The translations under genes were made by a program, and so were the position numbers. The notes beneath the pieces were generated by a model. That model ran no database searches. It saw nothing but the letters and a program-made list of their open reading frames with translations, and was not told the origin of the DNA. From Planctomycetota bacterium (GTDB lineage: Bacteria; Planctomycetota; B15-G4; JADJEK01): a stretch of 64,000 nt of DNA. Shown piece by piece: positions 1-8,759 of this stretch (its first letter is position 1; each line of letters opens with the position of its first letter). The stretch lies in NCBI GenBank assembly GCA_044225365.1, contig JBGAIQ010000003.1:32001-96000 (forward strand), read 5' to 3'.

Positions 1-1218
1 GACGTGCTCGCCGTCGAGCTCGGCTCTTCGAATCCGGAAGAGCTCGAGGAGCGGCGCGCGCGCGAGAAATCGCTGGAGAGCGAGCACCGGGAGGTTACCG
101 CCCGTCTCGGTGAGCAGTTGCGCAACGGGGAGACGGAGGAGTCGCTCGCCCGAAACGTCGAGCAGGCGCGGACCCGGCTCGAAGACCTCCTCGAAGTGCA
201 TCCCGGATGGCGCGACACGCCGCCCGACGCCGACGGTCTCAAGCAGGCCATCTCCGACGCGGAGCGAGAATTCGACATCGCGCGAACGCGCCTCGAAGGT
301 GCAGAGGCGGCGCGGAAGCAGGATCGGGTCGGGCGCGACGATGCACTCGAGGAGTGTCGGACGCGACTCGGCGCCGCGCGGACGGAGCTGGCGCAGGAGA
401 AGGGCCGATTGAGGACGCTCGTCGAGGACGGCCTCACCGACGAACGACGCGAGGAACTGCGCTACGAGGCATCACGGGCTCGGCAGGGCGCGGAGGATTC
501 GGTGCGCCTCACCCAGGAGGCCCTCCTCGAATTCGACGACGATCCGGCGAAGCAGGACCAGCGCCTCGAGAACGAGCAGCGAGCGTTGAACGACGAGCTC
601 CCGAAGCAGGCGAAGGAGCTCGGCCGCCGCGAGGACGAGATGCGGCAGGCCTCGAGCGAGGCTCCCTACTCGGCTCTCGCCCGCTGCGAGGAGTCCGTGG
701 CATTCCTGGAGGGTGAACTCGTGCGTCTTCGGATCGAGTCCGATGCCACCCGTCTCCTCCACGACCTGTTCGCGAGCGAGCGGAAGGCCACCGTCGACAG
801 GCTCGTCGCTCCGATCTCGGCGCGCGTGATGCCGCGCCTGCGTCTGCTCGCCGGACCGAGCGTCGAGGCCATCTCCTTCGACGAGCAGTTCCGGCCGAGC
901 AAGGTTCGAATCCGCGGCGTCCCCGATCCCGTGGAACCCGACTCGCTGTCGTTCGGCACCCGCGACCAACTCGCGCTGCTCGTACGTCTCGCGCTCGGCG
1001 AGATCGTCGCGAACGGCCGCCGACTTCCCGCGGTGCTCGACGATCCCATGGTCCACGCCGATCGCAGCCGGATCCGCCGCTTCCTCGCAGTACTCGAGGA
1101 CGCGAGCCAGCACCTCCAGCTCATCCTGCTCACGTGCCGGCCGGAGGACTATCAGGGCCTCACCGGCGCGAAGTTCATCGATCTCGCCTCGCTGGTCCAG
1201 GGGTCGGGTGGATCGTGA
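1..1218 (+). CDS. YhaN/SMC-Rad50-like ABC-ATPase, C-terminal part (5' truncated by window edge)
   Basis: Long coiled coil followed by ABC signature LSFGTRDQL, Walker B/D-loop PAVLDDPMVHAD and terminal QLILLTC; frame is open from base 1. Confidence 0.85.
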   Translation, partial: DVLAVELGSSNPEELEERRAREKSLESEHREVTARLGEQLRNGETEESLARNVEQARTRLEDLLEVHPGWRDTPPDADGLKQAISDAEREFDIARTRLEGAEAARKQDRVGRDDALEECRTRLGAARTELAQEKGRLRTLVEDGLTDERREELRYEASRARQGAEDSVRLTQEALLEFDDDPAKQDQRLENEQRALNDELPKQAKELGRREDEMRQASSEAPYSALARCEESVAFLEGELVRLRIESDATRLLHDLFASERKATVDRLVAPISARVMPRLRLLAGPSVEAISFDEQFRPSKVRIRGVPDPVEPDSLSFGTRDQLALLVRLALGEIVANGRRLPAVLDDPMVHADRSRIRRFLAVLEDASQHLQLILLTCRPEDYQGLTGAKFIDLASLVQGSGGS

Positions 1219-2240
1219 CGACTCGGGTGACGAGTGGAAGCGAGGCCCGCTTCGCGCCGGGCACGATCAACCTCGTGAACATCGGGCTCATGCTCGCGTC
1301 GCTGGTCATCGCGCTCTGCGCACCCTTCGAACTACTGCTCTTCTCGTGGGTCGCCCTCGGGCCGCTCCACTATCTGACCGAGATCTCCTGGCTCCACGAT
1401 CGGAAGTACTTCAGCCAGCGCGCGACGGATCCCTTCGTGCTGCTCGCGATCAGCGCGGCGCTCGTGCTCGGGACGTCGAGCGTGGTCGGGAAATACGCGC
1501 TCGATCCGCTCCTGCGTTGGAATCCCGAGCTGACGTTCTTGGCGCTCGGACTCGCCGCGATCTTCGCGTTCGTGCGATCGATCGGCTGGCGCGCCGTGCT
1601 CGCGGTCCCAGTGTGCCTCGTCGCCTGGGCGATCCACGGATCCCTGACATCGATCTTCGTCTTCTCGCTCTACGTCCCGACGCTGGTGCACGTCTTCCTG
1701 TTCACCGGCTGCTTCCTCCTCGTCGGCGCGAGGAAGAACCCGGCGCCGTTCGGGCTCACGGCATTCTGCGTCTTCGTCCTGTGTGGAATCGCCACGGTGC
1801 TCTCGAGCAGGCTGCCGTTGCCCTTTGCCCCGAGCGTGCTGGCGAAAGCGCACTACCACTTCGATTCCATCGTCGCGATCGTGAGTCATCATCTCGGACT
1901 CGCCGACCCCCCGGCGGGGATGGAACGCCATCCGTGGTTCCCGTTCAGCAGCCGCGAGGCGATCTTCACGTCGGGAGCGGCGATCGCGACCGCGCGCTTC
2001 GTCGCGTTCGCGTACACCTACCACTACCTGAACTGGTTCTCGAAGACTTCGATCATCCGATGGCACGCGATTCCGCGCGGCCGGGGCGTCGCGATCGTCC
2101 TGCTGTGGATCGGCGCCATCCTGCTCTATGTCGTCGATTTCGAGGTGGGCCTCGCGGTGCTCTTCTTCCTGAGCCTCGCTCACGTCCTGCTCGAGTTCCC
2201 CCTGAACCACAAGACGTTCGCCGCGCTGTTACGTCACTGA
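1215..2240 (+). CDS. Multi-pass membrane protein with His-containing motifs, function unknown
   Basis: GTG start overlaps the upstream TGA (GTGA); about 9-10 hydrophobic segments; motifs GPLHYLTE..WLH, PTLVH, YTYHYLNW, HVLLEFP. Confidence 0.75.
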   Translation: MTTRVTSGSEARFAPGTINLVNIGLMLASLVIALCAPFELLLFSWVALGPLHYLTEISWLHDRKYFSQRATDPFVLLAISAALVLGTSSVVGKYALDPLLRWNPELTFLALGLAAIFAFVRSIGWRAVLAVPVCLVAWAIHGSLTSIFVFSLYVPTLVHVFLFTGCFLLVGARKNPAPFGLTAFCVFVLCGIATVLSSRLPLPFAPSVLAKAHYHFDSIVAIVSHHLGLADPPAGMERHPWFPFSSREAIFTSGAAIATARFVAFAYTYHYLNWFSKTSIIRWHAIPRGRGVAIVLLWIGAILLYVVDFEVGLAVLFFLSLAHVLLEFPLNHKTFAALLRH

Positions 2241-2280
2241 TCCCATGTCGCTGATCCCATGCGAGTTGGGAAGGACGAGT

Positions 2281-2355
2281 TGGAGCCGAGGATGGGATTC
2301 GAACCCACAACCCCCGCTTTACGAAAGCGGTGCTCTACCGTTGAGCTACCTCGGC
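2281..2355 (-). tRNA. tRNA-Thr(CGT)
   Basis: Reverse complement GCCGAGGTAGCTCAACGGTAGAGCACCGCTTTCGTAAAGCGGGGGTTGTGGGTTCGAATCCCATCCTCGGCTCCA forms a cloverleaf with anticodon loop TTCGTAA, T-loop GTTCGAATC and encoded CCA. Confidence 0.97.
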
Positions 2356-2468
2356 CCGAGGCGGAAGCGGAAGATTCAACCAGCGGAACGGTCGCGATGC
2401 AAGGGTTCGGCGGGCTGTGTTTCGAGCCCTGGGATCTCCAAGACCCTGAATCAACCTGAATCGGCTGT

Positions 2469-3317
2469 TCAGGCGTCCGGTACGCAGTCGAAAGTCGGAA
2501 CGGACTGCACGAGACCCTTCGCCTGCGCTCGCTTCAGCAGTTCCAGGGCGCCCTTGTGGGCGAGGTCATCGAACGCCAGCGCGCGCGGATGGACGTAGAG
2601 GCTGACGAACTTGTCGAGGATCCAGTCGTTGACGCCTCGCGCATGGCGTCGGGCCGCGGACAGCGCTTCGTCTCGGTGTTCGGCGCCCCATAGGATCGAA
2701 GCCTTCACCGCTCGCTGGATCGCCTGCGCCGCCCCGTCGTCGAGGGTTCGCCGCACGGCCACGCCGGAGAGCACGAGCGGCAGACCGCCGGAACCGAACT
2801 TCCACCACTCGCCGAGATCCTCGATCTTGAACACGCCGTAGTGGCCGAACGAGACGAGACCCTGGTCGGAGACGACGCCGCTCTCGATCCGCTGCTCCAC
2901 GATCGCCTTCAGCATGTCCTCCGCGGGCCACTCCTTCACGGAGCACTGGTCGGAGTAGAGCCGCAGGACGAGCGACTCGCTCGCGTACTTCGTGGGCCAG
3001 TGGATCAAGGTCTCGGAAGTGATCTCGAATTCGATGAAGACGCGATTCGAGACGATCAAGGGGCCGTAGCCGTCCCCGATCGAGAAACCCGAGGTCAGGT
3101 AGCGCCAATCCTTCGCGTGATCGGCATAGAAGCCGAGCGGCAGGACGGCGGCGTCGAGTTCTCCGCGCTCGGCCCGGGCGCAGAGGCCCGCGAGATCATC
3201 CTCGACGAACTCGATCGCGATGTCCGGAGTCGCGACCTTCTTCGTCGCAAGGCCATGGAACCGAAACGTCTCGTCGGGATCGCGTCGGCAGCCAAATCGA
3301 ATCGGGCGCGTGTCCAT
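2469..3317 (-). CDS. MqnA/MqnD/SBP-family protein (divergent MqnD-like)
   Basis: DPD..F, SIGDGYGP, DLGEWW, GLPLVL, HRDEAL and KFVSLYV match the MqnD framework; the catalytic IHE is replaced by SDQ. Confidence 0.8.
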   Translation of the reverse strand: MDTRPIRFGCRRDPDETFRFHGLATKKVATPDIAIEFVEDDLAGLCARAERGELDAAVLPLGFYADHAKDWRYLTSGFSIGDGYGPLIVSNRVFIEFEITSETLIHWPTKYASESLVLRLYSDQCSVKEWPAEDMLKAIVEQRIESGVVSDQGLVSFGHYGVFKIEDLGEWWKFGSGGLPLVLSGVAVRRTLDDGAAQAIQRAVKASILWGAEHRDEALSAARRHARGVNDWILDKFVSLYVHPRALAFDDLAHKGALELLKRAQAKGLVQSVPTFDCVPDA

Positions 3318-3441
3318 CGTGCGATACTTCGTTTGGGTACGGAGAAGGATTCGGGGGAGAGTGTACGGCGAAGGAGTGCTCGATGCCGCCGGGTTCTTGG
3401 GATTCGCGATGCCAAGATCGCATTTGCGTTCCTCGAACGAT

Positions 3442-4149
3442 TCATCGATCTGCTTGGAGTGACTCCGCTATTGCGAGAGTGCAACGATTCGCCGGCCGCC
3501 GAAACAATCGCTCGCAACGATCGATCGCGGATTTCGCGGCCGATTCGACCTCCGACTCGGCGGCGGGGGCGAGGAAGACGGCCACCAAGAGCGAACGCGT
3601 GGCGGGGGTCGGGCGAGCACGCAGAGCCGTGATCCCGGCCGCGAGGAACGGGCCCGCCTCGTCGAAGAGTGCGACGCGACCGCGCAGATCGAGGCGATGC
3701 TCGATCGGTGCTTCGCCTCGCGAAGGGAGCGTGAGTCGCTCCGATTCGCGACCGAATCTCACCGCCAAGGAACCGCATCGAGCCGCACCATCGGCGACGC
3801 CCACCGGGTGCATCAACTCGAGCGCGAGGGCATGTTCCAGTTCGATGCCGGGTTCGGGCTCCGGCGGAACCGCGCTGCGCAGCGCCCGCGCGATCAGCGA
3901 CTCGGCGCCGAACCTACGTTGAGCCGCGTCGGCACCGAGCGCGTCGAAGAGCTCCTTGCATTGCGACACTCCTGGCACTGCGGTGGCGGCAAGGTCGCGA
4001 AACGCGCCCCGCAGCGAAGAGAATCGCTGGATCGCGATCGCGCGGAGACTCGGAGCCAGCAATGGAAGATCGATCTCATCCCACTCGGCGACCACTGCAC
4101 GGGCGACCGCGGCCGTGATGCGATCGGTCGACGCGATCAGCTCCCGCAA
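3442..4149 (-). CDS. B3/B4 (PheT editing-like) domain protein, divergent
   Basis: LGADAAQRRFGAESLIARAL and LRGRVALFDEAGPF resemble free-standing B3/4 proteins; start uncertain (TTG 4149; ORF open to 4194). Confidence 0.55.
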   Translation of the reverse strand: MRELIASTDRITAAVARAVVAEWDEIDLPLLAPSLRAIAIQRFSSLRGAFRDLAATAVPGVSQCKELFDALGADAAQRRFGAESLIARALRSAVPPEPEPGIELEHALALELMHPVGVADGAARCGSLAVRFGRESERLTLPSRGEAPIEHRLDLRGRVALFDEAGPFLAAGITALRARPTPATRSLLVAVFLAPAAESEVESAAKSAIDRCERLFRRPANRCTLAIAESLQADR

Positions 4150-4832
4150 TCCACGCCTCCGGAATCGCGACGGCGGCGGCGATGGATCTCCCACAAGCGG
4201 CGGCTCATGTGATCTCGATTGCGATCCTCCTCGAGTTCACGAAGGAGGACGCCGAGCCGTTCGACGATGTCGTCGGCTTCGATGAGGCGCTGGCGGACGT
4301 CGACGTCGGGATCGAGCACGACGGCGAGCCGCCACGGAAGATCTCGCGCTGTGATGAGTTCGTCCACCTCGCAACCGAGACGATGCAACGCCCGCCGGAA
4401 CGGCTCGAGACGATCGCGAATCGTGATCAGCAATTCGGCGTGCCGCTCTGCATTCGAATTCGTCTCCTCGAGATCGACGAGGCGACCGAGACGATAGGGC
4501 ATGTTCTTCACGACTTCGGCGAGGCGCGCACGAGCGATCCCTCGCAGCACGATCTCCGAGGTTCCGTCGGGCATCCCCCGATGCGTCACGATCTCACCGA
4601 CGCCCATGCACGGATGGACGGCGGGATTGCCGTGATACTCCGCCTCGAATCCCGGCATGAGACGCGCGATCGCGATGAGCCGTTCGCCCTCGAGCGCATC
4701 GGCGAGCATGCGGCGATAGCGCGACTCGAAGATCCGCAACGCCATCGAGTCGCCCGGGAGTAGGCAGACTTCGGGAAGCGCGAAGATCGGCACGAGTCCG
4801 GTCGCGGAAGCTACGAGGAGAGGGGTCGTCAT
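4137..4832 (-). CDS. Lon protease substrate-binding (N-terminal) domain protein
   Basis: VPIFALPEVCLLPG, LRIFESRYRRML, IVLRGIAR, RQRLIE; no AAA+ or protease domain; ATG at 4832 chosen. Confidence 0.9.
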   Translation of the reverse strand: MTTPLLVASATGLVPIFALPEVCLLPGDSMALRIFESRYRRMLADALEGERLIAIARLMPGFEAEYHGNPAVHPCMGVGEIVTHRGMPDGTSEIVLRGIARARLAEVVKNMPYRLGRLVDLEETNSNAERHAELLITIRDRLEPFRRALHRLGCEVDELITARDLPWRLAVVLDPDVDVRQRLIEADDIVERLGVLLRELEEDRNRDHMSRRLWEIHRRRRRDSGGVDCGS

Positions 4833-4882
4833 TCTTCTTCGTTCACGCCAAGGAACCCAGCGAACCTCGTTCCTCCACGGGG

Positions 4883-5026
4883 TCAAGGGTCGGAGCAGTC
4901 GCGCTGGTAACCACAATTCGGACAGATCAGTCGGCAATGAAGAGAGTACATCGGGACCGAGCAGAAATCACATTTCGGTGGATCTCCGCCTTCGCGGGAT
5001 CGCGGGCTCGATGCGTCCTTCATCAT
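4883..5026 (-). CDS. Small zinc-finger (CxxC...CPxCG) microprotein, 47 aa
   Basis: CDFC-x12-CPNCG..RDCSDP; TACGAT -10-like hexamer 8 nt upstream of the ATG. Confidence 0.75.
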   Translation of the reverse strand: MMKDASSPRSREGGDPPKCDFCSVPMYSLHCRLICPNCGYQRDCSDP

Positions 5027-5151
5027 CGTCGACCATCGTACATCATGTTCCCGCATGTCGAGGTCGCGCACCACTGCCGCGTGGTTCTTTGCGCCGAGTG
5101 CCCGACCGGTAGAATCTCGACTTCGAAACGCGACTCGAGAACCGACGAATC

Positions 5152-6177
5152 ATGCACCATCCACTCCTCGCCCCCATCCTTGCGACTCTCGCCCTCGCGA
5201 CGTTCTCCCCGACGGCCCCGGCGCCTGCCCAGAAGGAGGAGACGAAGAAGCAAGCGACGGCTGCCCCATTCGAGATCCTCGGCGCGGTCAACGGCCCCGT
5301 GCTGCGGTTCGACACCATGGCGAACGAAGCGCGCGTGTTCTGCTTCGTGAAGCTGAAGGAGAACGAGAGTCTCTTCTATCTCGAGAAGTTCGATCAGCTC
5401 AGCGACGAGTTCGCGTTCGATCCCGTCGAATTCGTCGCGATCTCCTCCGAACCGAAGGACGAGGTCGAGAAGACCGTGAAGAACGAGAGCGTCGTGACAC
5501 CGATCCTGCTCGCGGGGAAGGACGCCGGCGTGAAGGACTACGGGCTGTACAAGTTCCCCGGCGTGATCGTCGTGGACGGCGCGGGAAAGATCCGCTTCTC
5601 GGGGTTCCCGGGGGATCCGGGCGCGATGCGCGACGCGATCCGCGAGGCAATGGTGATCTCGAACGTCGTGCCGGATCTGCCGGCGGCGAGCAAGCCGATC
5701 AGCAAGCTGTTCGAACGCTACGCGTTGGGTGATGCGACGAAGGCGATCGAAAAGGACCTCGCGAAGCCCAAACTCGCCGAGGCCGACAAAGCGAAGCTCG
5801 AGGGTGCGAAGGCCCGTGCCGGAATGCTCGCGACCCGCCTCTCCGGCGCTGCGAAACGTTTCGAGAAGGCCGAGGACTGGCCTCGTCTCGTGATCGCGCT
5901 GAGCCGCCTCGACAAGGACTGCGTCGGCATGCCCGAAGCCGAGGGCGCGAAAGCGCGACTCGACGCACTGAAATCCAAGAGCGACTCGGACAAGGCTTTC
6001 GCCGCCGAGTTCAACGTGGCGACCGAGTGCGCGAAGGCCGAGCGCTTCGAACGCGACAAGGACTGGAAGAAGGCGTATTCCACCTACGCGGCCGCCGCAA
6101 AGACTGGCGAATCGAAGAGCGCGAAGTACGCCGCGAACAAGGCCGACGGCTTGAAGCAGCGCGCGGGCGTGAAGTGA
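5152..6177 (+). CDS. Secreted thioredoxin/redoxin-fold protein lacking CxxC, with Lys/Ala-rich helical C-terminus
   Basis: Signal peptide; VEFVAISSE...YGLYKFPGVIVVDGAGKIRF is a TlpA/AhpC-like fold pattern. Confidence 0.65.
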   Translation: MHHPLLAPILATLALATFSPTAPAPAQKEETKKQATAAPFEILGAVNGPVLRFDTMANEARVFCFVKLKENESLFYLEKFDQLSDEFAFDPVEFVAISSEPKDEVEKTVKNESVVTPILLAGKDAGVKDYGLYKFPGVIVVDGAGKIRFSGFPGDPGAMRDAIREAMVISNVVPDLPAASKPISKLFERYALGDATKAIEKDLAKPKLAEADKAKLEGAKARAGMLATRLSGAAKRFEKAEDWPRLVIALSRLDKDCVGMPEAEGAKARLDALKSKSDSDKAFAAEFNVATECAKAERFERDKDWKKAYSTYAAAAKTGESKSAKYAANKADGLKQRAGVK

Positions 6178-6195
6178 CGCGAGTCGCCGCAGCGA

Positions 6196-6969
6196 TCAGA
6201 ACGCCTTCCGCCCCACCGAGAATCCGCCGTCGACGACCAGCGCGGCGCCCGTGACGAAGCAGGCCTCGTCGGACGCGAGGAATGCGACGGCCGCCGCGAT
6301 GTCCTCGGGTTGCGACGGCCCTTTCGCGAGCTTGCGACCGAGGGCGACGTCTCGCGTCACGTCGAACTGGTGAGTGATGCCGCCGGGGAGCACGGCGTTG
6401 ACGCGGATGTTCTTCGCCGCGAGATCGCCGGCAAGGGACTGGAGGAACCCCGACACCGCTGCCTTGCTCGTGTTGTAGGCGAGCAGGCCAGGTCCCGGGA
6501 CGATCGAGCCGAAGACCGCCGTCGTGACGACGATCGAACCGCCCCCGCGACTCTCGAGGCAGGGAGTCGTGGTCTTCGCGAGATGGAACGCCGTGCGGAA
6601 GTTCGAATCGAGCATTCGCTCGACTCCGGCGCTGTCCGTCTGGTCGAACGATCCGCCTTCGTATCCGCCCGCTGTCGAGATCGCGACATCGAGTCCGCCG
6701 AAGCGATCGATCGCGGCCGCGGTCGCAGTCGCTGCGCCGGATGCCGTCGATACGTCGGCGCGCAGCGCTCGCCCGTCGATCCCGTGCGAGAGCATCGCGG
6801 CTTCCGCCGCTTCGACGTGCGCTTCGCTTCGCGCGACCGCGATCACCTTCGCGCCCTCGAGGCCGAGACGCAGGGCGACCGCGAGGCCCGTCCCCGACCC
6901 GACGCCGACGACGAGCGCGACCTTGTCATGGAATCGCTGAGCGCGAGCCGCGGTGACGATCGAGGGCAT
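6196..6969 (-). CDS. Short-chain dehydrogenase/reductase (SDR)
   Basis: VGVGSGTG cofactor motif, YNTSK catalytic YxxxK, IRVNAVLPG, VTGAALVVDGG. Confidence 0.93.
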   Translation of the reverse strand: MPSIVTAARAQRFHDKVALVVGVGSGTGLAVALRLGLEGAKVIAVARSEAHVEAAEAAMLSHGIDGRALRADVSTASGAATATAAAIDRFGGLDVAISTAGGYEGGSFDQTDSAGVERMLDSNFRTAFHLAKTTTPCLESRGGGSIVVTTAVFGSIVPGPGLLAYNTSKAAVSGFLQSLAGDLAAKNIRVNAVLPGGITHQFDVTRDVALGRKLAKGPSQPEDIAAAVAFLASDEACFVTGAALVVDGGFSVGRKAF

Positions 6970-7063
6970 GGAGCATCCTTCAAAGGATTCGAAGACGGGT
7001 TCGAAGTGCGATCGAGTTGGGACGTGCGTGCGGGATCATAGTCGACTCACGGCTCGAGCAAAC

Positions 7064-8710
7064 TCACTTGCGGACGAGACGCCCTTCCGCGTCGAACGCG
7101 AGACCCGCCGACTCGAGGATCGTGGCGAAGACGGGGAAGCGCTCGACCGAGGCCTTGATCTCGAGCGGAACTCGGGGAGCCACGTGCCATGCCGCGTCGA
7201 AGTCGGCGATCGCATCGTCCGCCCGCCCCTGTGCCGCCGCCACCAATCCGCGGCCGCAGAGCGCACGGGGTTGCTTCGGGTCCTCCTCGAGGACTCGGTC
7301 GAACTGTCGGCGCGCTCTCGCAAGATGCTCGCTCCTGCCGCCTTCTTGTTCGTATCCCGCGATGATCGACGAGAATCCGAGCTGCACCTGACTCACGATC
7401 GCTTCGCCGAGCTTGATCCCGAGCGCTTTCACTCCGGCGGCGAAATCCGTGATCGGCGACGGCTTCCAATCCCCGGAGGGACACGGAACGGCCCGCGACC
7501 GCAATGCGTCCGTGAGCAAGAGTGCGAGGTGGTACTGCCCCTCGATCGAGAGGTGCACGTGATCGTCGAGCCAGTCGCTCGGCGCGATCCCTCCGCCCGC
7601 GGCGTGGAACGCGGCGTCGGCGTCGAAGTAGTTCCCGCCCCCTCGCTTCGCGGCGGCGACGATCTGCGCGGCCAGCGCCGCGTTGACGCGACTCGGCCGA
7701 TCATCGAGATCGAGCGCTCGGGTGTAACTCACGCTCGCGGCCGCCGAGTCGGAGAGGAGATCGAAGAGCTCTCCGCGTTGAAAATGCACGAGCGCGAGGT
7801 CGGGATCGAGGGCCGTTGCGGCGTCGATCGCCGCGCGCGCCGCATTCGCGTCGCGCGCGGCGAGTGCGCTACCGGCTTGCTTCAAGAACGCCTCGAGCGA
7901 ATTGCGATCCTGCGGCGAGAGTCCCTGCCGTGGAACCGACGATTGCGGAGGCCAATCCCGTCGCGCCGCCACGGGCCGCACGAAGATCACGGCGGCTCCG
8001 GCCTCTTTGGCGAGCGCGCCGATCGTCTCGAGATTCGCACCGAACCTCTCCTCGATCGTAGTCCGCAGGGCTCGGAGGGGCTCGTCGAGATAGCCCGTCG
8101 TGTCGAGCGGGGAGCGCGTCGCCACGAGCGCTTGCCCCCGCGAGCGCATTCGCAACAGTGCGCAGAGGAGCGCCGATCGCGCCGCGAGCACGTTCACGAC
8201 CCGCGACTCCACGCGTCGCCGTTCGACGAACGCCGAGAGGAACTCGTTGTTGCCGGCGTAGACGAGGACGAGATCGACTCCCAGCGGTATCACTCGTCGG
8301 GCGGCCTGTTCGATCCAATCGCTGCCGATGCCAGGGATCGCGCAATCGACCACCTCGATCTTCCGCCCGTCGCAGCGGCCCGCCATCAGCGCCTCGAGCC
8401 AGCGCGCGGGCGTGCTGCTAAGGGAGTGCGGGAACCCCGCCGCCGCCGATTCTCCGAACATTGCGATGCGGAACGTCCCTGGTCCCTTGGCACGAGAGAA
8501 CCACGGCGACACGTGCGGTGTATCCGTGGAGATCCCGAGCGCACGCAATCGCACGCTTCCCGCATGCTCGACATCGGTTTCGATCACGACGAGCTGCGAA
8601 TCGGGTACGAAGCCGAATGCGCGTGCGATCGCCTCCGCGGCGAGGAGGAGCACCGCCGGCACGACGACGGCGAGGGCGATACGCGCAAAGGAACGCCGAT
8701 GGAACTGCAA
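7064..8710 (-). CDS. Membrane-anchored SGNH/GDSL hydrolase with TPR repeats
   Basis: N-terminal TM helix; FGESAAAG, YAGNNEF, DDHVHL; TPR-like helices; start uncertain (8710-8761). Confidence 0.8.
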   Translation of the reverse strand: MQFHRRSFARIALAVVVPAVLLLAAEAIARAFGFVPDSQLVVIETDVEHAGSVRLRALGISTDTPHVSPWFSRAKGPGTFRIAMFGESAAAGFPHSLSSTPARWLEALMAGRCDGRKIEVVDCAIPGIGSDWIEQAARRVIPLGVDLVLVYAGNNEFLSAFVERRRVESRVVNVLAARSALLCALLRMRSRGQALVATRSPLDTTGYLDEPLRALRTTIEERFGANLETIGALAKEAGAAVIFVRPVAARRDWPPQSSVPRQGLSPQDRNSLEAFLKQAGSALAARDANAARAAIDAATALDPDLALVHFQRGELFDLLSDSAAASVSYTRALDLDDRPSRVNAALAAQIVAAAKRGGGNYFDADAAFHAAGGGIAPSDWLDDHVHLSIEGQYHLALLLTDALRSRAVPCPSGDWKPSPITDFAAGVKALGIKLGEAIVSQVQLGFSSIIAGYEQEGGRSEHLARARRQFDRVLEEDPKQPRALCGRGLVAAAQGRADDAIADFDAAWHVAPRVPLEIKASVERFPVFATILESAGLAFDAEGRLVRK

Positions 8711-8759
8711 CCGCGACGACTCCGCTGCGTGAGGGGTTTTCCTCGATAGCATACGCGCC

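Noticed and set aside
2241-2355. tRNA-Thr as a prophage or island attachment site
   Set aside because: No integrase nearby and no duplicated tRNA 3' end seen in the window
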